Assembly (NCBI GenBank): GCA_964016885.1
Contig: OZ024746.1
Span: 62,992,001-63,056,000, forward strand
Length of the DNA: 64,000 nucleotides
Reading direction: 5' to 3'
Source of the DNA: Eledone cirrhosa
Lineage: Eukaryota
Positions within the stretch are counted from its first letter, which is position 1; each line of letters starts with the position of its first letter. A program made the translations under genes and the position numbers. The notes beneath the pieces were generated by a model. That model was given only the letters and a program-made list of their open reading frames with translations, made no database searches and was not told the origin of the DNA. This document shows positions 1-13,390 of the stretch, in pieces.

Positions 1-17
1 AAATAGATATAGAGGTA

Positions 18-151
18 CAATCGACTTCTGTATTAGACTGGTACTTTATTTATTGACCACAAAATGATGACAGGGAAAGTTGGCCATGGCGGAATACAAA
101 GTTAGAATAAATACTGCAAAGAATTCTCTCCAACGAATCTGCCAATTCGCC
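18..151 (-). mobile_element. Diverged copy of the tRNA-derived SINE
   Basis: Degenerate match to the reverse complement of the SINE (actggtactttattt...ctgccaattcgcc). Confidence 0.6.
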
Positions 152-265
152 GTCTGTATTCAGAATTATACCTTCGCTATAAAAACTAAAATAGCAAAAA
201 GTAATTTAAAAAAAAAAAATCTAAATTTTCTCTCGAATAATTTGGCGTCTTATCTATGTTGGATG

Positions 266-546
266 TAGTCATGGGGAACCTGCGGCCCGCGAAGCTTTCT
301 GAATGGCTCGCCTAAGTGAAATCTTTCTGATTTTTTTTTATCCCAACTTTTCAGTCGTAATTTATCTTTCTATCATGTTTACGATCGAGGAAAACAACGT
401 GTACGAATTCTGAAGAAAACAAAACAACCTGAGTTACCACCCCTTTTTTTTAATGTAGGCACAAATGTAAATTAGCGCTTGCGGCCCGCCTGATGATGAG
501 CCATATCTCATGCGGCCTGCTTCTCGAAAATGGTTGCCCATGCCTG
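266..546. mobile_element. hAT (Charlie-like) MITE
   Basis: TIRs tagtcatggggaacc / ggttgcccatgcctg and subterminal gcggcccg motifs. Near-identical copy at 54436-54715. Confidence 0.8.
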
Positions 547-816
547 GTTTACCAGTCCACGCTGGTTAGATATGGAATGGACGGTACACCTCCCTGGATA
601 GGCGATATTCCCTGGTCATCGGCATCTACGTGGACTTTGAATATAGAAGGCAAATACGCAAGAAAAAACAATCTAAATGTAGTCGGCTGAGGAATTAATA
701 CCTCCGCCATTCCACCACTCTGGGCCTCCATTACTAACAATACCAGTCTACCGCTTCTGACAGTCTATTGCTTTGGTGATAAAATAGATAAAGCATACAC
801 ACACGCGCACACACAT

Positions 817-868
<52 letters not shown>

Positions 869-1236
869 ATAGACATACAGACACATACACAGAGATTTTT
901 TTTTTTTTTGTAGTTTATATACTTCTATGACAAAAAGATGAACATTGACGATGGCGATGGTTGTTGGGATGTTGGACTAAACTATTTGTACGAGAAATAT
1001 AGAGTGGAAAGACACAGTGTTTAGTGATACAGCAACATCATCACCATCATCATCATCATCGTCATCATCATCATCGTCATCATCAACATCATCATCATCA
1101 CCATCATCATCATCACGATCACCATTATTTTTACGTCGACCTTTCTGTGCTGACATGGGTTGGCCGGGACTTTTTGAGACAATATTTTACTTTTGGAGAC
1201 AATCCTTTTTAGTTGCTTCTTACGACACAAAGACAC

Positions 1237-1558
1237 ACCGTGTACTTTATTCTAGGCCATATACCATACACAGGGAAACGGTGTACCTATTCTAAGCTGT
1301 ATATACACCCAGAGACGATGTACCTGTTCTAATCTGTATATACACCCAGAGAGACGGTGTATATATTCTAAGCCGTATATACACCCAGAGAGACGGTGTA
1401 CCTGTTCTAAGTTGTATATACACCCAGAGAAACGGTGTACATATTCTAAGGCGTATATACACGCAGGGAGTGGTGTATCTATTCTAAAGCAGATATACAC
1501 GCAGGGATACAGTGGCCATATTCTAAACTGGACATACACGCAGGGAGACGGAGTGTAG
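1237..1558. repeat. 39-bp minisatellite, about 8 units
   Basis: Unit gagacggtgtatatattctaagccgtatatacacccaga; gives the 13-aa periodicity in ORF 1252..1593. Confidence 0.9.
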
Positions 1559-1725
1559 CGAAATCTGTCCACACCTTCACCCCTGGGTGACATTTAACGG
1601 TCAAATTCTGGGTTACCTCCATTTTGGCGTAAACAAGTCTATGCGTGGGCGATTTCTCGAGGCCACCCCGGTGGTTTAGAAAGAAACAAATAGCAGGTTG
1701 ACTGATAAAATGACAAGTCAGTCAA

Positions 1726-1925
1726 TCATATTGGTGGCCTCCCCACAGCCCCGGCGGACAGAACGGAGACGGCATTTCCCCGGAGGACGGCAAGAGAGAC
1801 GCGCTGGAAAAGCCATTCCAGCTCGCGAGGCTCATACCTGCGGCTGGCCAGCTCAGCGCCTATGGTGGTGAGTAGGGAGGTAGCCCTAGGGCCGAGGACA
1901 CCAGAGTTCTCCACTGCCAAGGGTC
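1726..1925 (-). mobile_element. CRE-like non-LTR retrotransposon fragment (C-terminal restriction-like endonuclease region)
   Basis: AVENSGVLG...PRELEWLFQRVSLAVLRGNA matches the AVExxGxxG...QRxSxAxxRGNA end of CRE-clade ORFs. Confidence 0.75.
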
Positions 1926-2689
1926 AGAGGAAGCGACAAATATAAATAGCCTGTCTTAGACCAAGCAAATGGGCAGTTCGAAGCTGTTCCTGATAGAGTA
2001 ACGATGTAAAACATTTGCTTTTTACAGACCCCTTGGGGGTCTACAGACTATTACTCTCTCTCCGGGTCCTACAGACTCTCACCTTCTCTTGTCACTGAGT
2101 TTTGACTACTACCTTGTTGCTACTAACGAACGATATCTTGCCATTCTCTATTGCAGCATAACGAAATAACAGCAAAAACATCGTCAACCTTTATCTTATT
2201 CTTTGTTCCTTTATTCACTGAAGTGAAGTAAATGTTATATTGAAATGAAACCATTTATTTTGTTGTGTTATTTCACCTCTAACAACACTTACTAACTTTG
2301 CTTCACTTCAAGTGTACCTATTCTAAACCAGATACAACCTCAACTAAAACAACTTTGTTTTGGTAACTAGGGAATTACAATCTTAGCGTAACTCAGTTAC
2401 TATAGTTTTTGCTGTTAAATTCAAGTAGATTTCAATTATATGTCAATTGTATTTCTATTAATCCATTTTCAGATTAGCTAATCTTAGTTTTCAGCAGTCA
2501 TTAATTGCCTATAACTGACTGAATAATTTCAATTTTCTTAAGCTACTTTAAATTAGGGGTTCAATACTGCTTTAATTCTCGTCAGAACTGTTCTGTTCGA
2601 GAATGGGTCGCAAGGTGGCGGATAGCGATAAGGCCATCATATATGATGGGTAGTTGCGATATAAGGGTCTCTTTTTGGCTGTTTGCCTT

Positions 2690-2983
<294 letters not shown>

Positions 2984-3039
2984 TTGTTATTGGCGTTGCT
3001 GCTGAAGCTGTTGTCATTGCGTGTTCCAGTTGTTTAAAC

Positions 3040-3288
3040 GGCGGAATATAATGCTTGGTTGAGCATTCCACAGACACGTGTACCGTTGACGTAGTTCTAA
3101 AGGTGACTCAGTGTGACGCAGTGAGTGAGAAGATTGATCATTTGAATTATTGGTACAACTCATGTTTGCCAACCGAGTGAACTGGATCAACGTAAAATCT
3201 TGCCCAGAAACCACGTGTCATCAGGAATTGAACAACTCACCTTACGATTGTGAGACAAACACGCTAACAAGTAGTCACGCGCCTTCAC
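3040..3288 (-). mobile_element. Diverged tRNA-derived SINE of a second family
   Basis: Reverse B-box region ggaattgaac...ctcaccttacgattgtgag; similar to 24260-24378. Confidence 0.55.
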
Positions 3289-3399
3289 AATTATATGAAC
3301 ATCAACAAATACATTTACATACTCTGTGTTTACTATTATATTTTCAAGGTCTTAATCCGTATGGTGAGCAAATGGGGGTCCCACGTGCTGGTCTCCTCA

Positions 3400-3690
3400 C
3401 AACCCCGGCGGACAGAATGGAGAAGGCTTTTCCCCGGAAGATGTTAAGGGAGATGCGCTGGAAGAGCCATTCCAACTCGCGAGGCTTACACCTGCGGCTG
3501 GCCAGCTCAGCGCCTAAGGTGGTGAATAGGGAGGTAGCCCTAGGGCCAAGGACACCAGAAGTCTCCACTGCCAAGGGCACGACCGCGAACCTGTCAGAGA
3601 ACGACCGGTACTTGGAGAGTTTGGCCTCTTCAGCCCGACGTGCAGCAGAACCTGGGTTAGTCGCAGACTGCTCCAGGTTGCGGCTGGAGA
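3400..3690 (-). mobile_element. CRE-like non-LTR retrotransposon fragment
   Basis: SAARRAEEAKLSKY...PLAVETSGVLG...QRISLNIFRGKA; same family as 1726-1925. Confidence 0.8.
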
Positions 3691-3850
3691 ATACAAAGAG
3701 AATTGAGAAAAAGTTTCATAATATTCTGTTGTAGATATTTCAAAGAATCTATGTATAATACAACTATAGAAGGAAAGACTGGTAAATATTCTACCAATAC
3801 TTGATATGGAGATGGAACCAGCAGATAACTTTTATTAGAAATATATATAT

Positions 3851-4016
3851 AAGAGTGTGTTGAAGTTTGCTTGAAACATTGTGGAATAATAAAAATGGTC
3901 GTTTTGGAAGCCACAACAATGCAGATGGGTAAATCTCCGAGTAACAGAATCAGGTGGTAATGATTCTGTTACCCGGAGATTTACCTATCTGCATTGTTGT
4001 GGCTTCCAAAACGACC

Positions 4017-4019
<3 letters not shown>
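3851..4019. mobile_element. Fold-back mini-element between (TA)n tracts
   Basis: Arms 3894-3952 / 3961-4019; the left arm carries an extra ~43-nt tail to 3851. Confidence 0.75.
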
Positions 4020-4081
<62 letters not shown>

Positions 4082-4087
<6 letters not shown>

Positions 4088-4371
4088 TAAAATAACAGAT
4101 TAAAGTTTAAGCAAAGAATCGCTGCTTTCACCCTTAACGGGATCTTCTGAAGCTAACAAAGTCAATCTGTAAACGCAGAACTGGATATTTCAAAAAACGT
4201 TGCAACCAGAGGAAGACAGGAAGACGATACTTAAGGGTGAAAGCAGCGATTCTTTGCTTAAACTTTAATCTGTTATTTTAATAAATATTTGCTCTAGAGT
4301 TCTTATATATTTGATATATATTTATCCTTATCGAGCCCTCTTTGGATTTTAGTCTTCAATTTTATTATTAT

Positions 4372-4376
<5 letters not shown>
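4082..4376. mobile_element. Fold-back mini-element, probable Penelope pLTR derivative
   Basis: Inverted arms 4082-4136 / 4231-4288 with a long right tail. Degenerate hammerhead-like CAGAAGA-tccc/gggt-GAAAG on the minus strand. Relatives at 21787-22062 and ~57600-57690. Confidence 0.7.
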
Positions 4377-4434
<58 letters not shown>

Positions 4435-4435
<1 letters not shown>

Positions 4436-4622
4436 TAGGGCGGGTAAAATTCCCGAGATCCATGGACGAGTTCTCTCCAGCGGTCTCTGTCCCTCATTGT
4501 CGCTGCCATGTCCTGCGTCTCCAACAGACCAGTGTCTGTCCTTAGGGCATCAACATGCGTTAACCTTGGTCTTCCTCTTCTAGTGTGTCCATGAAGGGGC
4601 TCCCAAAGGAGCACTGAGTGCA
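4435..4622 (-). mobile_element. RTE-clade LINE 3' fragment
   Basis: LLWEP..G.TRRGRPRLT.VDAL..DTG...MRDRDRWR, a typical RTE ORF C-terminus. Copy at 16262-16508. Confidence 0.85.
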
Positions 4623-4947
4623 ATATATATATATATATTTTTACATTCATTTCATTTATTGATTTATTGATAATTTATCTGAGTGTCCCGAATCTTCCAT
4701 ATCGAAATTTTTCGGTTATTTGGTTGATTGTAGACATATTCTACGTGTGACGGTATTTTAACGATAGTTATAGCTCTGATTTATTTGAATTATGGAGCCC
4801 TCTGCCGCTCATCTCGAATTTTGTTTATCGTGAACTCGTGCGCCGATTTTTCGATACTCGATTATTCTACTATATATATATATATATATATATATGACGG
4901 CGAAAGCTTCTATTTCTAATTTCAAACTCCCTCGCTGTTTCAAAGCA

Positions 4948-7517
4948 TCGACTCCTTTCTCTCCTTCTTCTGCTCCTCCCACCCCTCCCTCCACTTCACC
5001 ATCTCTATCTCCACCACCCACGCCCACTTCTTAGACATCTCCGTTGCTTTCGACCCCTCCCACCACTCCCTCGTCACCTCCGCCTTCTTCAAACCCACCG
5101 ACTCCCACTCCTACCTCGACTTCACCTCCTCCCACCCTACACACACTAAACACTCTATTCCCTACTCCCAACTCCTCAGGATCCGTTGCCTCTGTAGCCG
5201 AGATGCTGACTTTGAGTCCCAGACCCTTACCCTAGTCAGCCATTTCATCCCCAGTGGTTACCCCCACCCCCCACTCGTCCACACCGCCCTCACTCGAGCC
5301 CGTGCTGTCCACCGCTCCACCACCCTCACCCCACGCCACCGCACACCCACCCACCGTCTCCCCTTCCCCATCACCTACCACGCCTCCACCCTTCCCCTCC
5401 ACCGCACCATCCTAGGCCTCTTCCGACGCCTCCAGTCCGACCCCTCCACCTCCCACATCTTCCCATCCCCCCCTCCTACAAACGCGCACGCAATCTCGGC
5501 ACCCTCCTCGTTCGCAGCTCCCCCCCCCCCGGTTCCCTTCCCTGTTCCAGGCCTCGTTGCAACACCTGTCCCCACATCACCAACACCACCACCTTCCAGG
5601 GTCCCAACGGCCACACTCTCTCTTTGTCCGCCACGCCTTCCGCTGCACCTCCTCCAACCTAGTCTATGGACTTCGCTGCACGGAGTGTAGCGCAACCTAC
5701 GTCGGACAGACTGGACGTCGCCTGGCGGACCGGTTTACCGAACACCTCCAGGATATTCGTCTCGGCGGTAGTTCCCCCATCGCCCGCCACTTTAGCTCCC
5801 CTGGACATTCCGCGCACCACCTCAGTCTGTGGCCTACTCCAATGCCACGGAACACCCGCCACCCTCCTCAGGGTCGAACAACGCACCATCTTCACCCTAC
5901 AGACCCACACTCCCTCCGGCCTGAACTCCCCACCCCTATTCCTTTAGCCCCCCCCCCCCCCCCACACACACACACACATATCCCCCACTAACACCACTAA
6001 CACACTCCTCCTTTTCACCGTCCACCCCACAACTAACAATACTAACCCCCCCCACCCCCGACCACCTTCCCCCAACTAACAATACTAACATCCTTTTACT
6101 CCCCCTCCCCCTATCACGCACACACCCACCGGTACATATATACACGCACTCACACTAACCACACACCCTACTACCACCACTAACCCTCACCCACACATCC
6201 ACTCCCACCACCCCACAACTAATACCACTAATATCCCCCCCGACCCCACGCACAAGAACACACACACACACCCACACCCACTTACACCACCCACTCTACA
6301 CACCCTACCATCAATGACCCCCACTAATATACCCAGATTCAACCCTTTCCCCACCACTAACACCCCCTTCACACACACACACACACCACTACACTACACT
6401 CCCACCACCGTCCCCCACACCTTTCTCTCCCTTTCCCCGCTCCACCCGCACCGCTTCACACACACACACATATATCCCACTAACACCTCTACTAATACAC
6501 CCCCTCCCCCCGCATGACCCACTCCTCACTCCACCTTTCACACCTACCCATCCTCTCCCCTGTCCACCGCACCACCGCACACACTGACACACCGACCTTC
6601 TCCACCTGCCATTCTCCCCTACTGCTGCTCTGCCCTGACCCTCTGACCACCTCTCCGCACACACAGACACACAGCCCTCTCCACCTGTCCTTCTCCTCTA
6701 CCCTCCTCCTGCCTTGACCCTCTGACCACTTCCTGTTGTGCGCGCACCCCACATCTCCCCTCTTCCGACCAACCCAACCACGGATTACACACATTGGACA
6801 TCGCTCCCACGAATCAACTCCATCACATGGAAAATATCCGGCAACTCACCACACCCTCTACGGAACTACCTTAGGAACTTACCCACGGACATACACTCAC
6901 AAACATTTTTTTTTCCCACACGCCACCTACATCCACAATACGTATAAACACCACACACACGTGCGTACCCCCACATATTTACACACTCAGCCTCCGGAAT
7001 CCCCCCCCCCCTCCCTCACCCCTCTGATCCCTCCCCATCTACACGCGCACACACACCCCACCCCACACACACACCTTTTCCTGAACATGGAACCTCGTTC
7101 TTCCTCCAACTCTCACATTCACATACACACACACACACCACCTCCAGCCCCCCCCCCCCCCACCACCACCACCCCGACTCCCTCTCCCCACTCCACCCGC
7201 CACCACCCCTACACGCCCCACACCCTTCCACCACTTGTTTATCTTCATGTTTATTATTTTTATTTTTATTATTTTTATTATTTTTTATATTTATTTTCAT
7301 TTATACCCCTTCCACCCTCCCTTTTTTTCTAAACGTCTCTCCCCCACTTCCCTACACACCCTTGGAACGCTCTTCCCACACACTTTTCGCCTGAAGAAGG
7401 TCTTATGCCCGAAACCCCCCCCCCCCCCCCCCACACACACACAAACTCTCAAGAGCGTGAAACTAATAAACCTTTGTTCGTACTGCCTCTCTGTTTTGTT
7501 CCCGTTCCATTTTTCAC
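4948..7517 (+). mobile_element. 5'-truncated, frameshifted Penelope-like element (Neptune-like): RT C-terminus, Cys linker, GIY-YIG endonuclease, 3' pLTR
   Basis: PSLHFT..HFLDISV..KPTDSHSYLDFTSSHP..KHSIPYSQLLRIRCLCS; PCSRPRCNTCPH; CTSSNLVYGLRCTECSATYVGQTGRRLADRFTEH..PIARHF. Then CTGAAGA..GAAAC at 7391-7415, AATAAA at 7465 and (TA)n. Confidence 0.9.
7391..7415 (+). ncRNA. Disrupted hammerhead ribozyme core in the PLE terminal repeat
   Basis: CTGAAGA-aggtcttatgccc-GAAAC; stem III and the cleavage site are replaced by a C run. Confidence 0.55.
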
Positions 7518-8429
7518 TATATATATACATATATATACATATACAGACACACACACATATGCATGCACTGGGTATTGTTTCATTGCAATGAAAATGTATT
7601 TAATATTTAATGCCAAATATAGTGTTAACCAGATGCCATCTGTCTTTACGGATATCTGCACCAGCTAAGTTTCTATTAATATGGATGTTTATATGTATGT
7701 GTGTGGTAGTGAGGCAATGAGAGTGTGTGTGTGTTCGTGTGTATGTGTATAGTAGTGTGTGTGCTTATATGTGTGCATGTGTGTAGTAGTGAGTGAGTGT
7801 GCGTGTATTTGTGTATGCGTGCGTGTGTATGTGTGTGTGTGTGTGTGTGTGTCTGTCGTCTGCACCATATGCCATATGTTAAGATGGCTGCTAAAATGTC
7901 GTCTCTACACGTGATAAAAACTTCTTGCAGAAACTGGGTGTGTCACAATTACTCATCCACAGAAAATAAATAAAATAAGAAGCAGGAAAGAGACGTCATA
8001 AGTATTAATTGGCCAGTAAGAAATAAACATACTGGAGTCCGTTAAAGACATGTTATATCATATTTATTCTGGTTCAAATTTGAAAAGGAAGCATTTATAT
8101 GGGTTGTTTAAGATTGGAGATACAATATATAGTCAAAGATCTACCAACTACAAACAGGATCTTTCAGTACACGGAGGCTACGAAAAGATTCAACAACAGA
8201 AACTTTTAGCTGCTCTACAGCTTCCCTTGTTTTCCATTTTTAATGATTCTTTTGCTTCGCGTTGGTCTTCCCCTTTCTGTAACACTCTTGTCTATCTTGT
8301 TTCTGTTTCTTACCTGTAACTCATATAAGGATGAAGATAAATTTAACATGGCGAGATTTGAATTCACTGCAAGAGATATTAGATATCTGCCGTACTTTAT
8401 CATGGTTTACTAGCTTTATACGGGCGTTA

Positions 8430-8690
8430 GTCGCCATTCGGCGACTAACCTAGGCTTCGCTGATCGTTAAGCCGAAGATCGTAAACTGTCGAAGTATCGG
8501 TCACTCTCCGATAGATTTGTGATCGAACCTGCAGCAGTAGAGACTTCCGGTGTTCTTGGACATCGGACCACATCCCTATTCTCTACTATCGGGCGGTGTT
8601 GGACATTCTCAGGAGCGAGCCCGCGAGTTGGAATGGCTTTACCAATGCGTCTCAATTCTGTTTGCTGAGACCACGCGACGGAGTACACAC
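8430..8690 (+). mobile_element. CRE-like non-LTR fragment, degenerate
   Basis: AEDRKLSKYRSLSDRFVIEPAAVETSGVLG, with an in-frame stop upstream and a frameshift downstream. Confidence 0.75.
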
Positions 8691-8825
8691 GGGCACCCAT
8701 ACACCTGAGAACTGTCCACCACTTTGTCCGGGTTCGCATCACTGGGACTGCGCTACTGAGTCAGTATATAAATATACTGAGTCATGCGTGTATATGAACT
8801 TGCTTTAAACATATAAGTGAACAGG

Positions 8826-8886
<61 letters not shown>

Positions 8887-8997
8887 AAATGAAGTAATTC
8901 CGTCGGAAAGGTCCAGGAAAAAAGAGTGCTCTATGTAGGTTACAGAGCTTAATAGTTATGTAATAAACAACATAAGATAAACAACATAAGCTAATTA

Positions 8998-9058
8998 TTT
9001 CATTTACCAGTGGTTTCTTGAAAGCAAACAAAATTTGCTTTCAATCATCAGAATGAAA
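8998..9058 (-). ncRNA. Type-I hammerhead ribozyme motif
   Basis: tttcatt-CTGATGA-TTGAAAGCAAA/TTTGCTTTCAA-GAAAC-CACTG-GTA^-aatgaaa: 7-bp stem I, 11-bp stem II, intact core. Confidence 0.85.
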
Positions 9059-9169
9059 AAAATACACCAGGATTTTTTCATTCTGATGATTGAAAGCAAA
9101 TTTCGTTTGCTTTATATATATATATATGCAAAAGAAACCAAAGAACGCTTACATACTCAAACAGTCTTT

Positions 9170-9220
9170 ATTCACTAACAATGTTTCATCCTCACCTTTA
9201 GGCAGGAATCATCAGAGCTC
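9170..9220 (-). ncRNA. Minimal hammerhead-like motif in a PLE 3' end (9128-9320)
   Basis: gct-CTGATGA-ttcctgcc-taaa-ggtgaggat-GAAAC-att-GTT-agt, followed by AATAAA, a T-rich tail and (TA)n. Confidence 0.6.
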
Positions 9221-9315
9221 AACAAATACCGTGTTGATTATAAGCTCCACAATAACTTAGTCACATGAACAATCAGAAAAAAATAATAGGGGATTGGAGA
9301 TAGCTAACAAAGAGG

Positions 9316-9396
<81 letters not shown>

Positions 9397-9472
9397 TGAG
9401 ATACAATTACAGAAAGTTTTATTAGTTTTCCGCTTGTTTAAATTGATCATTATCTCTCTCTCTCTCTATAGA

Positions 9473-9576
<104 letters not shown>

Positions 9577-9594
9577 ATATATATATTATATATA

Positions 9595-9731
<137 letters not shown>

Positions 9732-9974
9732 ATGATGAAACTGGGAGCGTTTGTTTAAAATGACTACTGGGAGTCTATGGCCGTTATTAAACGATATCTG
9801 TATATTTTATCTTTGAATCACTTCTGCTATTATCACATAATTAAAAGACCTTTACGATATAAACTGTTTTGTCCTAATTGGGCTTTGTTTCTCACTTATA
9901 ACGACGCTATTAAAAATGTCGTTTATGGTAAATAGCGTTGGTGTTGACGGAAGAAAGTCTGGTAATGAGTATGA

Positions 9975-10030
<56 letters not shown>

Positions 10031-10409
10031 ATGGTGGTGGTGGTAATAGTAGTAGTAGTAGTAGTGGGGGTGGTGGTGGTAATAGTAGTAGTAGTAGTAG
10101 TGGTGGTGATGGTGGTGGTAGTAGTAGTGGCAGTGGAGGTCATGATAGAAATAGTAGTGGTCATGATGGCGGTGATGATAGAAATAGTAGTGGTTATGAT
10201 GGTAGAAATACTAGTAGAAATACTAGTAGTAATAGTAGAAGTAGTAGTGGTGGTGGTGGTAGTGGTGGTAGTGGTGGTGGTGGTGATCGTGGTGGTAGTA
10301 GTGGTGACGGTGGAGATCATGATAGAAATAGTAGTGGTTATGATGGTGGTGGTAGTGGTGATGATGGTAGAAATACTAATGGTTGTGATGGTGGTAGTAG
10401 TAGTAGTAA

Positions 10410-10465
<56 letters not shown>

Positions 10466-10498
10466 TTGGTGGTAGTGGTGGATGTGGTAGCAGTAGCA
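9975..10498. repeat. (TAG/TGG)n compound microsatellite with diverged higher-order units
   Basis: Directly visible; recurring gatagaaatagtagtgg motif. Confidence 0.95.
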
Positions 10499-11542
10499 GC
10501 TATTTCCAAACGCTTTTGATCCAACATCACCCCGTATTTCTAACATCATAACATTACCCAATCAAGTCAATGAAGGAGCCCCTACGAAATCAGTCGACCT
10601 TCTGTTCACATTTCATTCTTTGTTGCAGAAAGAACGAATACAAGCAAAAAATTTGAAATAACGATCTTCGAACATGTGAATAGGTTCAAGCACTCGACGT
10701 CATATGTGTCCTTCCAATTCCGATGTGGTAGTCCATGACGGAGTGTACGTACAATAACGATGTAAATACGAAGGCTAGATATTCATAATCCATTTGATTT
10801 CGTAATTCTCTATTATACGTATTTCTGTGGCGTCACTAACTATGTAACCTTGCCATAACGTAATTACCAGCACGACTTCATCAGGCAGCATCTTAAGCAA
10901 TGCAGTTGTTATATAATATATTTCTAATGTAGAACAGACTATTACTATAAGGGACAGACTTGTATTCGTGTTACTCATACTATACATACTCTTACTAATG
11001 AGCCAATGCCGTCAATAATGACGGCAATATGACTAAGCGTATTATTACATTTATGTAGTCTAGGATTTGCATGCCATATATACCAGGATCACTGGATATG
11101 TTAACAAACATACAAACTGGGAAATATGTATTTTGATAAGTTTATGGTTTGCACAAGAGAAACCTTTTAGTTTCTGTTGAAACATGTGGAAATGATTAAA
11201 GATAAGAACGATATTTTAATAATTTATTTCAATGATTTAATTATATAAATGTTAAGCCTGTGTGTATACATGACATACAGGATTAAATGTATGAGTGACT
11301 TTAGAGAAATAACTATTTACAAGGACAACTGTAAGGTTAGAACCTTGGACCGTGTGGTCGGACCTTCTTATTGTAAGAACATTATTGGGATATGAAATAT
11401 ATTGTGTGCATGTGTGTATACATTTTAAAGAGTTGCATATATATGTGTGTGTGCTTATGCGTCTGTATGTGTCTGTGCATATGTGTGTATTGAAGGGTAT
11501 GATGCTCGTTTAACAATCAATAGTTAAGAAATCATTATTATT

Positions 11543-12312
11543 ATGGTGGATTGGCAGTATCGGTAGAGGGTCGGACGCCGTGCTTTGCAGCACAGTTACG
11601 TCCCTTAGTTTAAATCTCGCCGAGGTTAACTTTGTCTTTCATCCTTACGGGGTCGATAAAATAAAGTACCAGTAATGTACTGGGTAATTGCTGGCCTTGT
11701 GCCAAAAGTAGAAACAATTATTATTATTATTTATGTGGATTGGCAGTATCGATAGAGGGTCGGACGCCATGCTTTGACGCATAGAGTTACGGCCCTTGCC
11801 ATTCTGAGTTCAAATCCCGCTGAGGTTAACTTTGCCTTTCATCCTTACGGGGTCGATAAAATAAAGTACCAGTAATGCACTGGGTAATTGTTGGCCTTGT
11901 GCCAAAAGTAGAAACAATCATTATTATTTATTCATTAATGATTTCAAATCCCGCCGAGGTTAGCTTTGCCTTTCATCTTTATGAGGTCGATAAAATAAAG
12001 CACCAGTAATGCACTGGGGTCGATTTAATCGACTCCCCCCCCCAAAAAAAATTGCTTGCCTTGTTCCTTCCTATACAGTAAACCATTATTTAGGACAACG
12101 GCTTAACAATATCGTCAGAGTGTCGGACAAAATTATTTGAGGCATTTATTTATCACTCTTTACGTTCTGAATTCAATTTCCACCAAAGTCACCCTTGCCT
12201 TTTATCTTTCTATGGTCGATAAAATAAAATACCAATAAAGTACTGTGTCGATATAATCGACTTTCCCTTTCCCCTCAACTTTCTGGCCTTGTACTGAAAC
12301 CAGAAACAATAA
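11543..12312 (+). mobile_element. Cluster of four tandem tRNA-derived SINE copies
   Basis: A-box tggcagtatcgg, B-box gagttcaaatcc, core gcctttcatccttacggggtcgataaaataaagtacc, (ATT)n tail. Copies at about 11543-11720, 11733-11920, 11942-12065 and 12100-12312. Confidence 0.9.
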
Positions 12313-13342
12313 TTATATTTAAACAAGCGACAACATCCGAAATGTGTTTTACTTACGATATTATGTGAGACTGACGTTTCGTTTATAGTATAAAGTTATC
12401 TCAGTAAAACATATTGACCTTTATAATGTATATAAGAATTCACAGAATGAGGTGTAACTTGTTTAGTCCGTAGATCTTATCGCTTCCTGTGTAAACCAAG
12501 ACTCTTTATCTCATTGAATGATGCAGACATGGCTGATAGTTAAGAAGCTCATTTTATAACTACATGATCTCAGGTTCGATACCACTTCATCGCCCATTGC
12601 TGCGTTCTACTCTAGCCATGGACTGACCAATAGGAGTGAATATTAGACAGAAACTGTGAAAGAGCCCGTCCCATTGGCTTCAGGGTTTGATATTAACAAA
12701 ACATATAAAATCAAACAGTCGTTGTCGTCTGTTATAGATGTATTTAGTTTCTGCATCTATAAAGTTCCCCTCAAAGACAGAGGCATAAGCAAGCATCCAA
12801 AAATGTTTTTAGAATAAATGTCAGTTCTCTAGTAAAGCATTTCAAATTGGAAATTAGTAAATTTATATTTCTTTTAAAAGTAATAAAAATTATAAAGAAT
12901 TCTAAAATAGGTACGAGAGGGGTTACAAATCTTATCGAAATTATGAAGTCCGTTATATCAAAATCCCCATCCGACTGGTACTTCTTTTCTAGAACTCGGT
13001 AAAATGAAAGAAAACTCCCATCACATCGGGATTGGATCTCAGCATATTCTAACGAAGACACATTAAAATGTCTGATGACATCTTCTACGATGCTGTACCG
13101 AATGCCACGGAAAGTAATAATGGTTTCAAATGTAGACACAAGGTTAATAATTTCAGTTAAATCGCCCCCACGGCATGACTGGTATATAATCGACCTCGAA
13201 GGGATAAATGGCAAAGTTGACTTCGGCGAAATTTTAAACTAGGCACATTACGACTTTCTCAATAGAAATGGAATCTGCTTTATTTGAAACACAACTCTTG
13301 TTTATATGTTATAGTCGGAAAAACGAAACATCTGCTGAAGTA

Positions 13343-13381
<39 letters not shown>

Positions 13382-13390
<9 letters not shown>

